From a virus, in UHGV virus genome UHGV-0209617: a stretch of DNA of 64,000 bases; one strand, 5' to 3'. Positions 55,618-64,000 of this stretch are shown here, piece by piece. A model generated the notes under the pieces. It searched no databases and was not told the origin of the DNA. It was given only the letters and a program-made list of their open reading frames with translations. Both the position numbers and the translations under genes were made by a program. Each line of letters begins with the position of its first letter. The first letter of the stretch is position 1.

Positions 55618-57972
55618 ATGATAAAGTTTTACGATAGCATGGGAGCCGCCCAGGGCATATCCGTCCTGTCGGACCTGGTGGATGCCTGTGACTTCTGGCA
55701 AAATGGCAAAGAGATTAAGTCGGGCAGTATTGCAAGAAGCTCAACGGACAGCCTTATTTATGCTGAGTGCATTGCAGGAGGCATAACAGGTGATGCAGAA
55801 CCCATCTGGGGGATAACAGATGGAACAGAGATAAACGATGGCAGCGTTAAATGGAAGGTGCATGATTTAAGAAAGGCACTTACTGCAGAAACGACTGACA
55901 GGTTCTCAGTTCCAAGGAAAATAAACGGCATAGAATTTGATGGCAGCAAGGATATAATCCTTCCGGCAGATTCCGTAGACGAGTCCACCTACATTGCAAA
56001 GGGACTGAAGGTTGGCGGTTTCTCTGGGAAGGATTTATTTATTTCCAGCGGTACGGCAAAGGTCAATGGCCGTACTGTAAACTTTGATGGTGGCAGCATT
56101 GAATTAGGGGAAAGGGAAACAGCCCTTGTTCATGTCACGGCAGAGGGGAAGCTGGGCAAGCGAAAGGCGGCATATCCAACGGAGTGGATTGATGACAATA
56201 CCATTGGCTTTTGGATTTTCAACAAGACAATAGCTGGTGATGCCGTGCCTAACATTGCTGTTGGAAAGTCAGCTGTAGCACAGAAAAATGACTTCATTCC
56301 ATACGGTGGCATTACATCGGTTGATGGTTGGGCGGATTATTCCCTGCAGACTGATGTGGCAACAGGTTATTTTGAGCTTCAGAATAACCTTGGCTTTATG
56401 ACGGGTGTTGTGCCATTTGAGTACAACATCCTTATAACACCAGATAAGATTGATGGCTCTACAGACTTCATTTTCAATTATGCAGGAAATGTTACGACCA
56501 TATACATCAACAGCAACGGCCTTCTTTACTGCGGTGGTCAGAACACTGGCTATATCTGCGAGACAGGGAGAACCTTCTTCCTGACCTATCAGTATGATGG
56601 CAGGATTGCCTATGTGTATATTGACGGAAGGCTTGTATTCCAGGTTACAGTAAATATCTCTCTTTCTCTGAATACCAGCCAGAACACAAGAATTGGCTGT
56701 GCCTATGATAAGTCGGATATGTTTCCGGCCACATTCCATTTCGTGGAGATCAGAAAAGCAATCCGTAAGCCGGAGGAGATTGCACATATATCAAATGAAC
56801 TGCTTTTGCCATGCTTCTATGAAAAGGGCAGTTCTACTTATCCTGTCATTCCATCTGAGTATACCAATTATGCCGAGTGGAAATTCGATGATGAGACACC
56901 GGATACTTTGAAGGAAACCAACGGTATCAATAGCGGTGTGGTCGGCAGTACTGTTACTCCCACACAGGAAGAAAGCCAGCTTGGACTTGGCAAGGCTATG
57001 CGTTTTACGGGAGCCAATACCTGCTATATGAGTATCGGCACCATTACAATCCCAGAGGAGTTTACCATCATAGCTGTAGCTAATCCATTCCAGCTCACTG
57101 GACTGAACCGAATCTTTGGCAACAAGATTGGTGCAAGCCAAACCTTCATGTTCTGCTCCTCACAGGATGGAACGCTTGGAGTGTCATTTTACACGGGAAA
57201 TCAGAACAGCAACTCATGGATTAACTCTGGCCTTAAGCCGAATGTGGGAATGGAAAACTTCATTGCTCTTAGGACTACCGCCAAGAATCACTATTTTAGA
57301 GTGAACAGGGAAACGGCAGTAAGGCAAAATGCTTATTGGAGAAAGCCGGTATCTACAGAATTTGCCATAGGTGCCTGCTATGACAATAACTATCCATTCA
57401 AGGGTACATTAGCCTATCTGCTCTTTGTGCCTAGAGCCTTGACTGATGCAGAAATAGAGGAAATGTATGACTGCCTTATGGTAAAGGGCAGGAAGAACAT
57501 CATTGATGATATGGTTCCCGCAGATGCCGCAGTTGTTGCCATGGCAAGGGCTGATGGGGAGTCTGTCATTGAGTATAACGATGCTGACTACAAGTTCGGC
57601 AGGCGAGAAGGCGCGGTTGGCGGCAATAGGAAGGTGTTCCTTGGCTATAAGTATTTCTCTGGCACATCGGTATTATCATGGGATAACCCATTCGGGACAA
57701 GCAGAGTGAAACGATACTTCACATGGGCATCTGATGCCAAGGGTACCAATGAGATTGAAGCCATGAAGATGGTCTATGTGTATAACACTGGCTGGGGAGG
57801 TCTGTGGCCATTCTCGGATTCTGACACAGGAAACGATGATATGAAGATTACCTGTTATGTTAGCACCGTCTATGGAGGTGTTGCTCTATACAACGGAGCA
57901 TGGAAATCCTCTGGCTATATTGGCTGCTATGTGGAGGTAATGGAAGATTATACGGGGGTTGATGGCAGATGA
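55618..57972 (+). CDS. Tail fiber / receptor-binding protein candidate
   Basis: 784 aa at the end of the tail module. Confidence 0.55.
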   Translation: MIKFYDSMGAAQGISVLSDLVDACDFWQNGKEIKSGSIARSSTDSLIYAECIAGGITGDAEPIWGITDGTEINDGSVKWKVHDLRKALTAETTDRFSVPRKINGIEFDGSKDIILPADSVDESTYIAKGLKVGGFSGKDLFISSGTAKVNGRTVNFDGGSIELGERETALVHVTAEGKLGKRKAAYPTEWIDDNTIGFWIFNKTIAGDAVPNIAVGKSAVAQKNDFIPYGGITSVDGWADYSLQTDVATGYFELQNNLGFMTGVVPFEYNILITPDKIDGSTDFIFNYAGNVTTIYINSNGLLYCGGQNTGYICETGRTFFLTYQYDGRIAYVYIDGRLVFQVTVNISLSLNTSQNTRIGCAYDKSDMFPATFHFVEIRKAIRKPEEIAHISNELLLPCFYEKGSSTYPVIPSEYTNYAEWKFDDETPDTLKETNGINSGVVGSTVTPTQEESQLGLGKAMRFTGANTCYMSIGTITIPEEFTIIAVANPFQLTGLNRIFGNKIGASQTFMFCSSQDGTLGVSFYTGNQNSNSWINSGLKPNVGMENFIALRTTAKNHYFRVNRETAVRQNAYWRKPVSTEFAIGACYDNNYPFKGTLAYLLFVPRALTDAEIEEMYDCLMVKGRKNIIDDMVPADAAVVAMARADGESVIEYNDADYKFGRREGAVGGNRKVFLGYKYFSGTSVLSWDNPFGTSRVKRYFTWASDAKGTNEIEAMKMVYVYNTGWGGLWPFSDSDTGNDDMKITCYVSTVYGGVALYNGAWKSSGYIGCYVEVMEDYTGVDGR

Positions 57973-58202
57973 TGTATTACAACAGAAAAACAGGAGACTT
58001 GAGCAGTGTTCCACCATGGGGCGCTGCTTTTTTACTGCCCAAAATCAGGAAGGCAAGATTTCCAGATTGGGAAGAAGTGGATGATGGCTTTGTTCCAAAG
58101 AATAAGAAGGTTGAGCTATCTGAGCCTGAAACCAGCAAGGCTGACATCGAGCTTGCTGAGGCTTTAATAGAAATCTACAGCATATTGGAGGAGAGAAAAT
58201 GA
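57969..58202 (+). CDS. Hypothetical small phage protein
   Basis: ORF translationally coupled to the fiber gene. Confidence 0.5.
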   Translation: MMYYNRKTGDLSSVPPWGAAFLLPKIRKARFPDWEEVDDGFVPKNKKVELSEPETSKADIELAEALIEIYSILEERK

Positions 58203-58357
58203 AGATTTACAAGTACAAGGCAAAGGCCTACGCAGTGCTGGTAAAGGCAGGAAGGTACATACTGTCTGAAGATCAGAGGGAGAACAAGAAGCAGGAGCTT
58301 GTACCAGAGGAGTATGCAGATCTTGTGGCAGAGATTCTTCTTGGAGGCGATAGCTGA
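58199..58357 (+). CDS. Small protein (52 aa), not in the ORF track
   Basis: ATG overlaps the upstream stop (ATGA), GGAGGAGAGAAA SD, and its stop overlaps the next ATG (ATGA). Confidence 0.5.
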   Translation: MKIYKYKAKAYAVLVKAGRYILSEDQRENKKQELVPEEYADLVAEILLGGDS

Positions 58358-58725
58358 TGGATGAGAGGGATGTAGTCATGCTTTACATCCAGGTTGGTGG
58401 TGCGTTACTTGTCAGTGCCATCACAGGCGTAATGGGTGCTCTGGTACGTGAGGTATGGGCGCTTAGAAAGGAACGACAGGAAAAAGCCATAGAGGAAGAA
58501 GCTGAACGGGGAAAACGCAGAAAGGCATTAAAGGCACTCTTGAAGTTTCAGCTTCATCGCTCCTGGCAGTATCACACCAGCAATGGCTTCATGCCAGCCA
58601 ACGAGATGAGCCTTCAGACAGAGCTGTATGAGGCTTATCACGATATGGGAGGTAACGGCACCGGGACAAAGCTCTATAACGAGATGATGGAGCTGCCACA
58701 TATCAAGCACACGGAGGTAAAGTAA
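58357..58725 (+). CDS. Membrane protein, holin-like (one N-terminal TM segment plus charged coiled region)
   Basis: VMLYIQVGGALLVSAITGVMGALV hydrophobic segment; GGAGG SD; in the lysis cassette. Confidence 0.5.
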   Translation: MDERDVVMLYIQVGGALLVSAITGVMGALVREVWALRKERQEKAIEEEAERGKRRKALKALLKFQLHRSWQYHTSNGFMPANEMSLQTELYEAYHDMGGNGTGTKLYNEMMELPHIKHTEVK

Positions 58726-59030
58726 TGAAGAACTTAATAGTACAGTTTTCTGCATGGGCGCAGGCCAACTGGCTTGCGCTTGTTATTTTTATGATTTTTT
58801 CCATGATGGCATTCCTGTGCATGGTCATGGGAAGCTGGCTTTATGGCTACTGGTCAAATGCTCTCTGCGGCACGAAGTTTGAACTTGGTAGCTGCTGGCA
58901 GGGAATCACTGTTGTTATCACGGGCCTTGGCGGTGTTGCAGCACTGGCCAAGGCTGCATGGACCAAGTATTCAACGGACAGCCAGTATAACAGCATGATG
59001 GGGAGTCATCCATACGAAAGGGGTAAGTGA
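58725..59030 (+). CDS. Holin (two predicted TM segments)
   Basis: Two hydrophobic stretches; immediately upstream of the endolysin. Confidence 0.6.
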   Translation: MKNLIVQFSAWAQANWLALVIFMIFSMMAFLCMVMGSWLYGYWSNALCGTKFELGSCWQGITVVITGLGGVAALAKAAWTKYSTDSQYNSMMGSHPYERGK

Positions 59031-59602
59031 TTATGATTAAGGGTATTGATGTATCGGAGAACAACGGCACTGTAGATTGGCAGGCAGTAAAGAATGCCGG
59101 GATTGAGTTTGCTATTGTAAGAAGCTCCTATGGTAAGACGGGAGTGGATGAGAAGTTCCTGGAAAATGTAAATGGTGCTCATGCAGTGGGGCTGAAGGTT
59201 GGTGCTTACCATTATGGCTATGGCCTGACTCCGGCTGATGCAGTGCTTGAAGCAAGGAACTGCCGTGAGGTAATTGATGAGGCAGGAGTGCTTCTGGAGC
59301 TTCCTGTTTTCTATGACATGGAAGATGCTGATGGCTATAAAGAAAGACACGGATTTTGGTTTGACCCAGAGAATGCCACAGGTATCTGCAGGGCATTCCT
59401 GGATAACATTGGCCTGAACTGTGGTGTATACGCATCATACAGCTGGCTTTGTGATTTGATTGACTGGCGCAGTCTCGGCTGCTCAGTCTGGAACGCAGAA
59501 TGGGGAGGTAGCGATGATATTGAAGGATATATGTGGCAGTTTACGGAAAAGCTTTATATCTCTGGTAAGCAGTTTGATGGAAACTATCTCTACAACTGGT
59601 AA
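59027..59602 (+). CDS. GH25-family lysozyme endolysin (muramidase)
   Basis: IKGIDVSENNGTVDWQAVKNAGIEFAIVR ... GAYHY pattern typical of GH25. Confidence 0.8.
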   Translation: MIMIKGIDVSENNGTVDWQAVKNAGIEFAIVRSSYGKTGVDEKFLENVNGAHAVGLKVGAYHYGYGLTPADAVLEARNCREVIDEAGVLLELPVFYDMEDADGYKERHGFWFDPENATGICRAFLDNIGLNCGVYASYSWLCDLIDWRSLGCSVWNAEWGGSDDIEGYMWQFTEKLYISGKQFDGNYLYNW

Positions 59603-59616
59603 GGCGGTGATGGGGC

Positions 59617-60036
59617 ATGAGAAAATCATTCTGGTTTGTGCTGCTGTTATTGCTCTTGTGTGTGCCGCAGCTTTCCTTTGCTGCAGAGAGGACATACCAA
59701 GTGACGGAGACAGAGCTGACGAGGTTAGAACAGAACTTGACGGAGCTATCCGAAATGAACAGCAAGCAATCAATGAACTTAGAACAGCAGAAGATACAGC
59801 TTCAGAACTCGGATTTGCAGTTGAAGCAGGCCGAAGAGAAGTACAGTCTGCTATCCAGTCAAATGAAGAACTTGGAGAAGGAAATGCTAGAGCAGCAGGA
59901 CTCATTAGAGAATGCCAGGAAATCCTTCGAACAGTTCGCCAAAGAGGAACAATTGAAGAGAGATAAGCTGAAGCGTGAAAAGAATATAGGATACTGGCTT
60001 GCAGGGATACTAGCTGTAGTATGTATTGCCAGATAA
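59617..60036 (+). CDS. Signal peptide + coiled-coil + C-terminal membrane anchor protein (unknown function)
   Basis: MRKSFWFVLLLLLLCVPQLSFAAE signal-like N-terminus; heptad-like Q/E/K/L-rich middle; hydrophobic C-terminus IGYWLAGILAVVCIAR. Confidence 0.6.
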   Translation: MRKSFWFVLLLLLLCVPQLSFAAERTYQVTETELTRLEQNLTELSEMNSKQSMNLEQQKIQLQNSDLQLKQAEEKYSLLSSQMKNLEKEMLEQQDSLENARKSFEQFAKEEQLKRDKLKREKNIGYWLAGILAVVCIAR

Positions 60037-60040
60037 GTGA

Positions 60041-60084
60041 AAAGCCCGATGTGGAGAAAAAATTTCTCTGCATCGGGCTTTTTC
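60041..60084 (+). terminator. Rho-independent terminator after the lysis cassette
   Basis: AGCCCGATG ... CATCGGGCT stem followed by TTTTT. Confidence 0.7.
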
Positions 60085-60174
60085 AGTTATTGGTCATATA
60101 CATAACGAGTAGCAAACGGCGCTAATAAACGTGCGTATATAAATTATAAAATAAGCACGAATGTTAAAATTATC

Positions 60175-60203
60175 TTTACAACTGTGCTTATTTAATTTAT
60201 AAT
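60175..60203 (+). promoter_or_regulatory. Consensus-like promoter for abiE (TTTACA, 17 bp, TATAAT) flanked by ATAAGCAC repeats
   Basis: Hexamers read directly; ATAAGCACG at 60151 and 60204 and its inverse GTGCTTAT at 60184 overlap the promoter. Confidence 0.6.
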
Positions 60204-60228
60204 ATAAGCACGGTTGGAGGTGATTGCC

Positions 60229-60810
60229 ATGAATGACATTGAAAAGCTTGTTGATGAGTCAGGAATGATTACAACTAGAGATATAGTGAAAAATAATCAG
60301 TCAAAAGTAGAATTTTACAATTACCTGAGAAAAAATGATTTTGAACAAGTATCGCGTGGTATATATGCTTCTAAGGATGCGTGGGTAGACCCATTATTGA
60401 TTGCGCATATGAGATGTCCTAAAGCGGTGATCTCTCATGATGTGGCACTTCATTATTATGGCTTGGTTGATAGAGAGCCTTCAGCTCCAACGCTTACTAT
60501 TTATTCTGGATACAACACAAGCAGGTTAAAAGAAGCAGGGTACAAGGTGTTTTTCGTGAAGAAGGAATACCTTGATGCTGGCAAAGAAGAGGTTGTAAAT
60601 TTTGATGGCAACATCATTCCTATGTATAACCTTGAAAGAACGATGTGTGACCTTGTCAGAAACAGAAGCAGCTTTGAGATTCAAGATTTCAATGCAGCTA
60701 TAAAAGCGTATGCCAGAAAAAAGGAAAAGAATCTTACAAGGCTATTTGAATATGCGAAAATGCTTAGGGTGGAAAAATTGATGCGGTCATATATGGAGGT
60801 GCTTTTGTAA
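60229..60810 (+). CDS. abiEi: AbiEi-family antitoxin / transcriptional regulator
   Basis: N-terminal DNA-binding-like region ending ...VSRGIYA; paired with a DUF1814-type nucleotidyltransferase; GGAGGTGA SD. Confidence 0.75.
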   Translation: MNDIEKLVDESGMITTRDIVKNNQSKVEFYNYLRKNDFEQVSRGIYASKDAWVDPLLIAHMRCPKAVISHDVALHYYGLVDREPSAPTLTIYSGYNTSRLKEAGYKVFFVKKEYLDAGKEEVVNFDGNIIPMYNLERTMCDLVRNRSSFEIQDFNAAIKAYARKKEKNLTRLFEYAKMLRVEKLMRSYMEVLL

Positions 60811-61664
60811 TGATCTTATCAGCTGCACAGGCAAGAGGCAGGATTAAGAATATTGTGGCAAAAAATGGTGCGGACCCAAGACTGCTTATGAGAATTTATA
60901 TGATGGAGAGATTTTTGGAACGAGTATCCCTTTCTGCATACAAGGATAATTTCATCATTAAGGGCGGAATGCTTATAACATCATTGGTTGGTATTTCCAT
61001 GCGGTCAACTATGGATATTGACACAACTGTAAAAGGCCAGGATGTAAGCATGGAAAATGCACAGCGTATTGTTAAAGAAATTGCTGACATTCAGATTGAT
61101 GATGGGGTTTCTTTTGTGATTAAAGATGTAGAAAACATAATGGATGAGATGGAATATCCAGGAATCAAATTTCACTTGGAAGTGTTATTAGACAAAATGG
61201 TTACGCCAATAAAGATTGATGTTTCTACGGGCGATGCAATTACACCCAGAGCGATTGAATATAATTACAAGCTTATGCTTGAAGATAGAGAAATCGGGCT
61301 GTGGAGCTATAATCTGGAAACAATCCTTGGGGAAAAATTACAGACGATACTTGTACGTGAACGTGCAAACACCAGAATGAGAGATTTCTATGATATATGT
61401 GTATTGGTAGAAATGTATGACAGTAAGATAAATACTGTCAATTTCAAAGCAGCATATGAGGCGACCTGTAGAAAAAGAGGGTCATTACACTTATTTGGTA
61501 ATGAAGGAAAAATACTGGATATAATAGCTGGTGAAAGTAAAATGATTGATAGATGGACAAATTATCAGAAGAAGTTTTCTTATGCATCTGATATCAGTTT
61601 TGAGAAAGCTATTCAGTGTGCAAAGGGGTTAATTTCATTCTTGAAAAATAGTACCGGAAAATAA
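60810..61664 (+). CDS. abiEii: AbiEii-family nucleotidyltransferase toxin (DUF1814-type)
   Basis: 284 aa directly coupled to the AbiEi gene; typical gene pair. Confidence 0.75.
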   Translation: MILSAAQARGRIKNIVAKNGADPRLLMRIYMMERFLERVSLSAYKDNFIIKGGMLITSLVGISMRSTMDIDTTVKGQDVSMENAQRIVKEIADIQIDDGVSFVIKDVENIMDEMEYPGIKFHLEVLLDKMVTPIKIDVSTGDAITPRAIEYNYKLMLEDREIGLWSYNLETILGEKLQTILVRERANTRMRDFYDICVLVEMYDSKINTVNFKAAYEATCRKRGSLHLFGNEGKILDIIAGESKMIDRWTNYQKKFSYASDISFEKAIQCAKGLISFLKNSTGK

Positions 61665-61697
61665 TATGTCAGCTTAATAGTATATGGAAATGTACGT

Positions 61698-61736
61698 CCC
61701 TATGTGGAACTTGAGGTTCTGCATAGGGTATTTTTT
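61698..61736 (+). terminator. Rho-independent terminator after abiEii
   Basis: CCCTATG ... CATAGGG stem followed by TTTTTT. Confidence 0.65.
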
Positions 61737-61892
61737 GTTATCGCTGGTTCTAAAAATGGTTCTTGTTGTCCTTGTACTGTTGAGGTGAAGAATCATGACG
61801 GATTTCCGTTCAAAGAGTGCATTTCTGTCATGGGACTGTTAAAGGGGTTCGATTTGCCCTGATTTGCCGCATATAAGTAGGAGGGATGCATC

Positions 61893-62270
61893 ATGACAGA
61901 AGTAGAGAAGAAAAGAATAAAGGAGCTTCATTATCAGGGGCTGGGATATCGGAAGATTGCTGCCGAACTTGGCATGTCCCCTAATACTGTGAAATATGTA
62001 ACCAAGAATCTGGTAGCTACGGATAATCATACCTGCAGGAACTGCGGCATCAAAGTTTTACAGACAGCAGGACGCAAGGAGAAGAAGTTCTGTTCAGATA
62101 AATGCCGTATGGATTGGTGGAACAGCCATCTCGATACTGTTAATCGCAAGGGATATAAGACCTTTACCTGTAAATGCTGCAGTAAGGAATTCATGGCTTA
62201 TGCCAGGACAGGCAGGAAATACTGCAGCCGGGAATGTTATTTCAAGGCTAGATATGGAGGTGCAAGATGA
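61893..62270 (+). CDS. HTH protein with C-terminal zinc-ribbon motifs (Tn916 orf7-like position)
   Basis: LHYQGLGYRKIAAELGMSPNTVKY HTH followed by several CxxC pairs. Confidence 0.6.
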   Translation: MTEVEKKRIKELHYQGLGYRKIAAELGMSPNTVKYVTKNLVATDNHTCRNCGIKVLQTAGRKEKKFCSDKCRMDWWNSHLDTVNRKGYKTFTCKCCSKEFMAYARTGRKYCSRECYFKARYGGAR

Positions 62271-62458
62271 GTACGCCGTTGAATGAAAAGTACACACTTA
62301 GTATAAAGGAATCCGCCAAGTATTTCGGTATTGGCATGAAAAGGCTGCGGCGGCTTGCAGAAGAACATATGGACACCTTTGCTATCCGCTGTGGCAACAA
62401 GTATCTCATCATCCGCACTGAGTTTGAAGCCTTTCTGAAGGATTCAGAAGAAATATAG
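62267..62458 (+). CDS. xis: Excisionase-family DNA-binding protein (Tn916 Xis-like)
   Basis: EKYTLSIKESAKYFGIGMKRLRRLAEEH resembles the Tn916 Xis N-terminus. Confidence 0.7.
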   Translation: MSTPLNEKYTLSIKESAKYFGIGMKRLRRLAEEHMDTFAIRCGNKYLIIRTEFEAFLKDSEEI

Positions 62459-62526
62459 CTTATATGCCAAATAGTAGTTGAATAATATCGCAAACAGAGT
62501 GATATATAGTGTCGGAGGTGATGAGC

Positions 62527-62751
62527 ATGCAGAAATCAGATCTTGGGGAACGGGAATACCTTAGCAAGAAGTATACTGCCGTCTTCTTCGGACTCAGTCC
62601 CAGGCGGCTTGAGCGATTCCTCAAAGCAGATGACTATGATTTTGTTGTGTATTATAAGAAAAGAACACTGATATTAAGGGAGGCCTTCAACAGATATCTC
62701 TGGAGGAATCCTGATGTAAGGGAGATGTTGAAACGTGGCAAGACGAGGTGA
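62527..62751 (+). CDS. Second excisionase-like HTH protein
   Basis: YLSKKYTAVFFGLSPRRLERFLK; start chosen at the ATG 8 nt after GGAGG. Confidence 0.55.
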   Translation: MQKSDLGEREYLSKKYTAVFFGLSPRRLERFLKADDYDFVVYYKKRTLILREAFNRYLWRNPDVREMLKRGKTR

Positions 62752-64000
62752 AGTAAGAAGGGATTCAAGGAACAGGCTGTTAAGGATAGGTGAATCCCAG
62801 CGTAAAGATGGCAAGTACATGTTCAAATACCATGTGGATGGCAGACCGTATTTCGTCACCAGCTGGAGACTGCTGCCTTCAGATAGGCAGCCAAAAGGTA
62901 CAAAGCCTACCCTTTCACTGAGGGAATTGGAAAAGAAGGTAGGAAGGGAAATCGACCTGCAGATGAGCCTTGAACTCAGGAACTGCACGGTTAAGGATTT
63001 GGTTGAGCGGTATTTGGCTACCAGGATTAATGCAAAGCCGAATACCAAGATGGGGTATAATACTGTAAAGAATGTACTGGAAAGTGAGCCCTTTTATCAT
63101 AGGAAGATAAAAACAATCAAGGTATCTGATGCAAAGATATTCCTCATCAAGTTGCAGGAAAATGGCAGGAAGGCCAGCACGGTGAAATGCATCAGAGGGG
63201 TTCTCCGCCCGGCTTTTCAGATGGCTGTAGATGATGATATGCTGGTCAAGAATCCTTTTGCTTTCGAGCTGGCAGGTGTCCTGGTAAATGACTCAGTCAC
63301 AAGGGAGGCTGTCAGCAGGAGGGAAATGAAAAAGTTCTTGCAGTTTGTCAGGAACGATGATTGCTACTGCAAATACTATGAGGCAGTACATATACTGTTC
63401 CATACGGGAATGCGAATATCTGAATTCTGCGGTCTGACGATAAATGACCTTGATATGGAGAACAGAATCATAGATATAAACCATCAGCTGGTGCGTGTGG
63501 GAATGAAGCTGATAATACAGACCACAAAGACCAACGCAGGCACCAGAAGGATTCCGATGTCTGAGGATGTATATGAAATGTTCAAGAGCATATTGGCTAA
63601 CAGGCCAACAGGCATAGATGAGAAAGCCGTTGATGGGTATAAGGGGTTCCTCTACCTTGATAATGCCGGACTGCCACTTGTGGCAATGCACTGGTCAAAC
63701 AGGTTCAGGCATATGGTCGGGCGCTACAATGACATTTACAAAGAACAGATGCCTAAAATCACTCCTCACGTCTGCCGCCATACCTACTGCAGCAACATGG
63801 CAAAATCGGGAATGCATCCAAAGATCCTGCAGTACCTTATGGGGCATTCGGACATTGGTGTGACGCTCAATACATATACCCACTTAGGGCTTGAGGACGC
63901 CCAGGGCGAGATGGACAGACTGAAGGATGCCCAACAGGAGATTGACAAGGGCAAGGTAAGGGAACTGCCACCAACCAAGGCTCAATTCAAAGTAGTATAA
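62735..64000 (+). CDS. int: Tyrosine site-specific integrase (Tn916 Int-like), GTG start, stop codon at the window end
   Basis: N-terminal RRDSRNRLLRIGESQRKDGKYMFKY resembles the Tn916 Int arm-binding domain; C-terminal ...HVCRHTYCSNMAKSG...LMGHSDIGVTLNTYTH carries the recombinase R...H-x-x-R...Y region. Confidence 0.85.
   Translation: MARRGEVRRDSRNRLLRIGESQRKDGKYMFKYHVDGRPYFVTSWRLLPSDRQPKGTKPTLSLRELEKKVGREIDLQMSLELRNCTVKDLVERYLATRINAKPNTKMGYNTVKNVLESEPFYHRKIKTIKVSDAKIFLIKLQENGRKASTVKCIRGVLRPAFQMAVDDDMLVKNPFAFELAGVLVNDSVTREAVSRREMKKFLQFVRNDDCYCKYYEAVHILFHTGMRISEFCGLTINDLDMENRIIDINHQLVRVGMKLIIQTTKTNAGTRRIPMSEDVYEMFKSILANRPTGIDEKAVDGYKGFLYLDNAGLPLVAMHWSNRFRHMVGRYNDIYKEQMPKITPHVCRHTYCSNMAKSGMHPKILQYLMGHSDIGVTLNTYTHLGLEDAQGEMDRLKDAQQEIDKGKVRELPPTKAQFKVV

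Larger units (their letters stand above)
19600..64000. mobile_element. Near-complete siphovirus-like prophage with Tn916-like xis/int at the right edge (left boundary approximate; right end beyond the window)
   Basis: Contiguous same-strand modules for replication, packaging, head, tail, lysis and integration; compositional shift from the AT-rich island. Confidence 0.8.

Noticed and set aside
1-64000. Scan for tRNA or rRNA genes
   Set aside because: No stretch shows the acceptor-stem plus GTTCGAATC-type T-loop arrangement or rRNA-like conserved blocks; intergenic regions are better explained as promoters and terminators
61893-64000. Interpreting the xis/int module as a separate Tn916-like conjugative element adjacent to the prophage
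   Set aside because: No conjugation or transfer genes are visible to the left; the module directly follows phage lysis and cargo genes, so a phage integration module is more parsimonious, though the boundary cannot be resolved within the window

Overview
The window reads as a Firmicutes (Clostridia-like) chromosomal segment with three parts. (1) 1-2212: a decayed prophage remnant with two copies of a terminase-large 3' end flanking a toxin-antitoxin-like pair, then a truncated portal gene. (2) About 2.5-19.6 kb: a visibly AT-rich accessory island. It holds a family of secreted ~185-aa paralogs (three intact copies plus one frameshifted copy) with conserved 5' leaders, a 536-aa protein of unknown function, a disrupted zeta-toxin-like kinase, a Sel1/DUF6273-like protein, and a tightly packed five-gene operon: YefM-fold small protein, gamma-class adenine methyltransferase, D12-class adenine methyltransferase, McrB-like GTPase, McrC-like nuclease. 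This operon resembles the LlaJI type of restriction-modification system and is followed by a convergent CGNR zinc-finger protein. (3) About 19.6-64.0 kb: a near-complete siphovirus-like prophage with replication, packaging, head, lambda-like tail tip, lysis and a Tn916-like xis/int module at the right edge. The prophage carries several self-contained cargo units: an amidoligase / gamma-glutamylcyclotransferase module with duplicated consensus promoters, a ParB-methyltransferase fusion, an orphan DinJ-like antitoxin, Phd-Doc between terminase and portal, and AbiEi/AbiEii after the lysis genes. No rRNA, tRNA or CRISPR array was found. All family assignments come from reading motifs in the translated ORFs; no database search was run. 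Coordinates of regulatory elements are hand-indexed and may be off by 1-2 nt.
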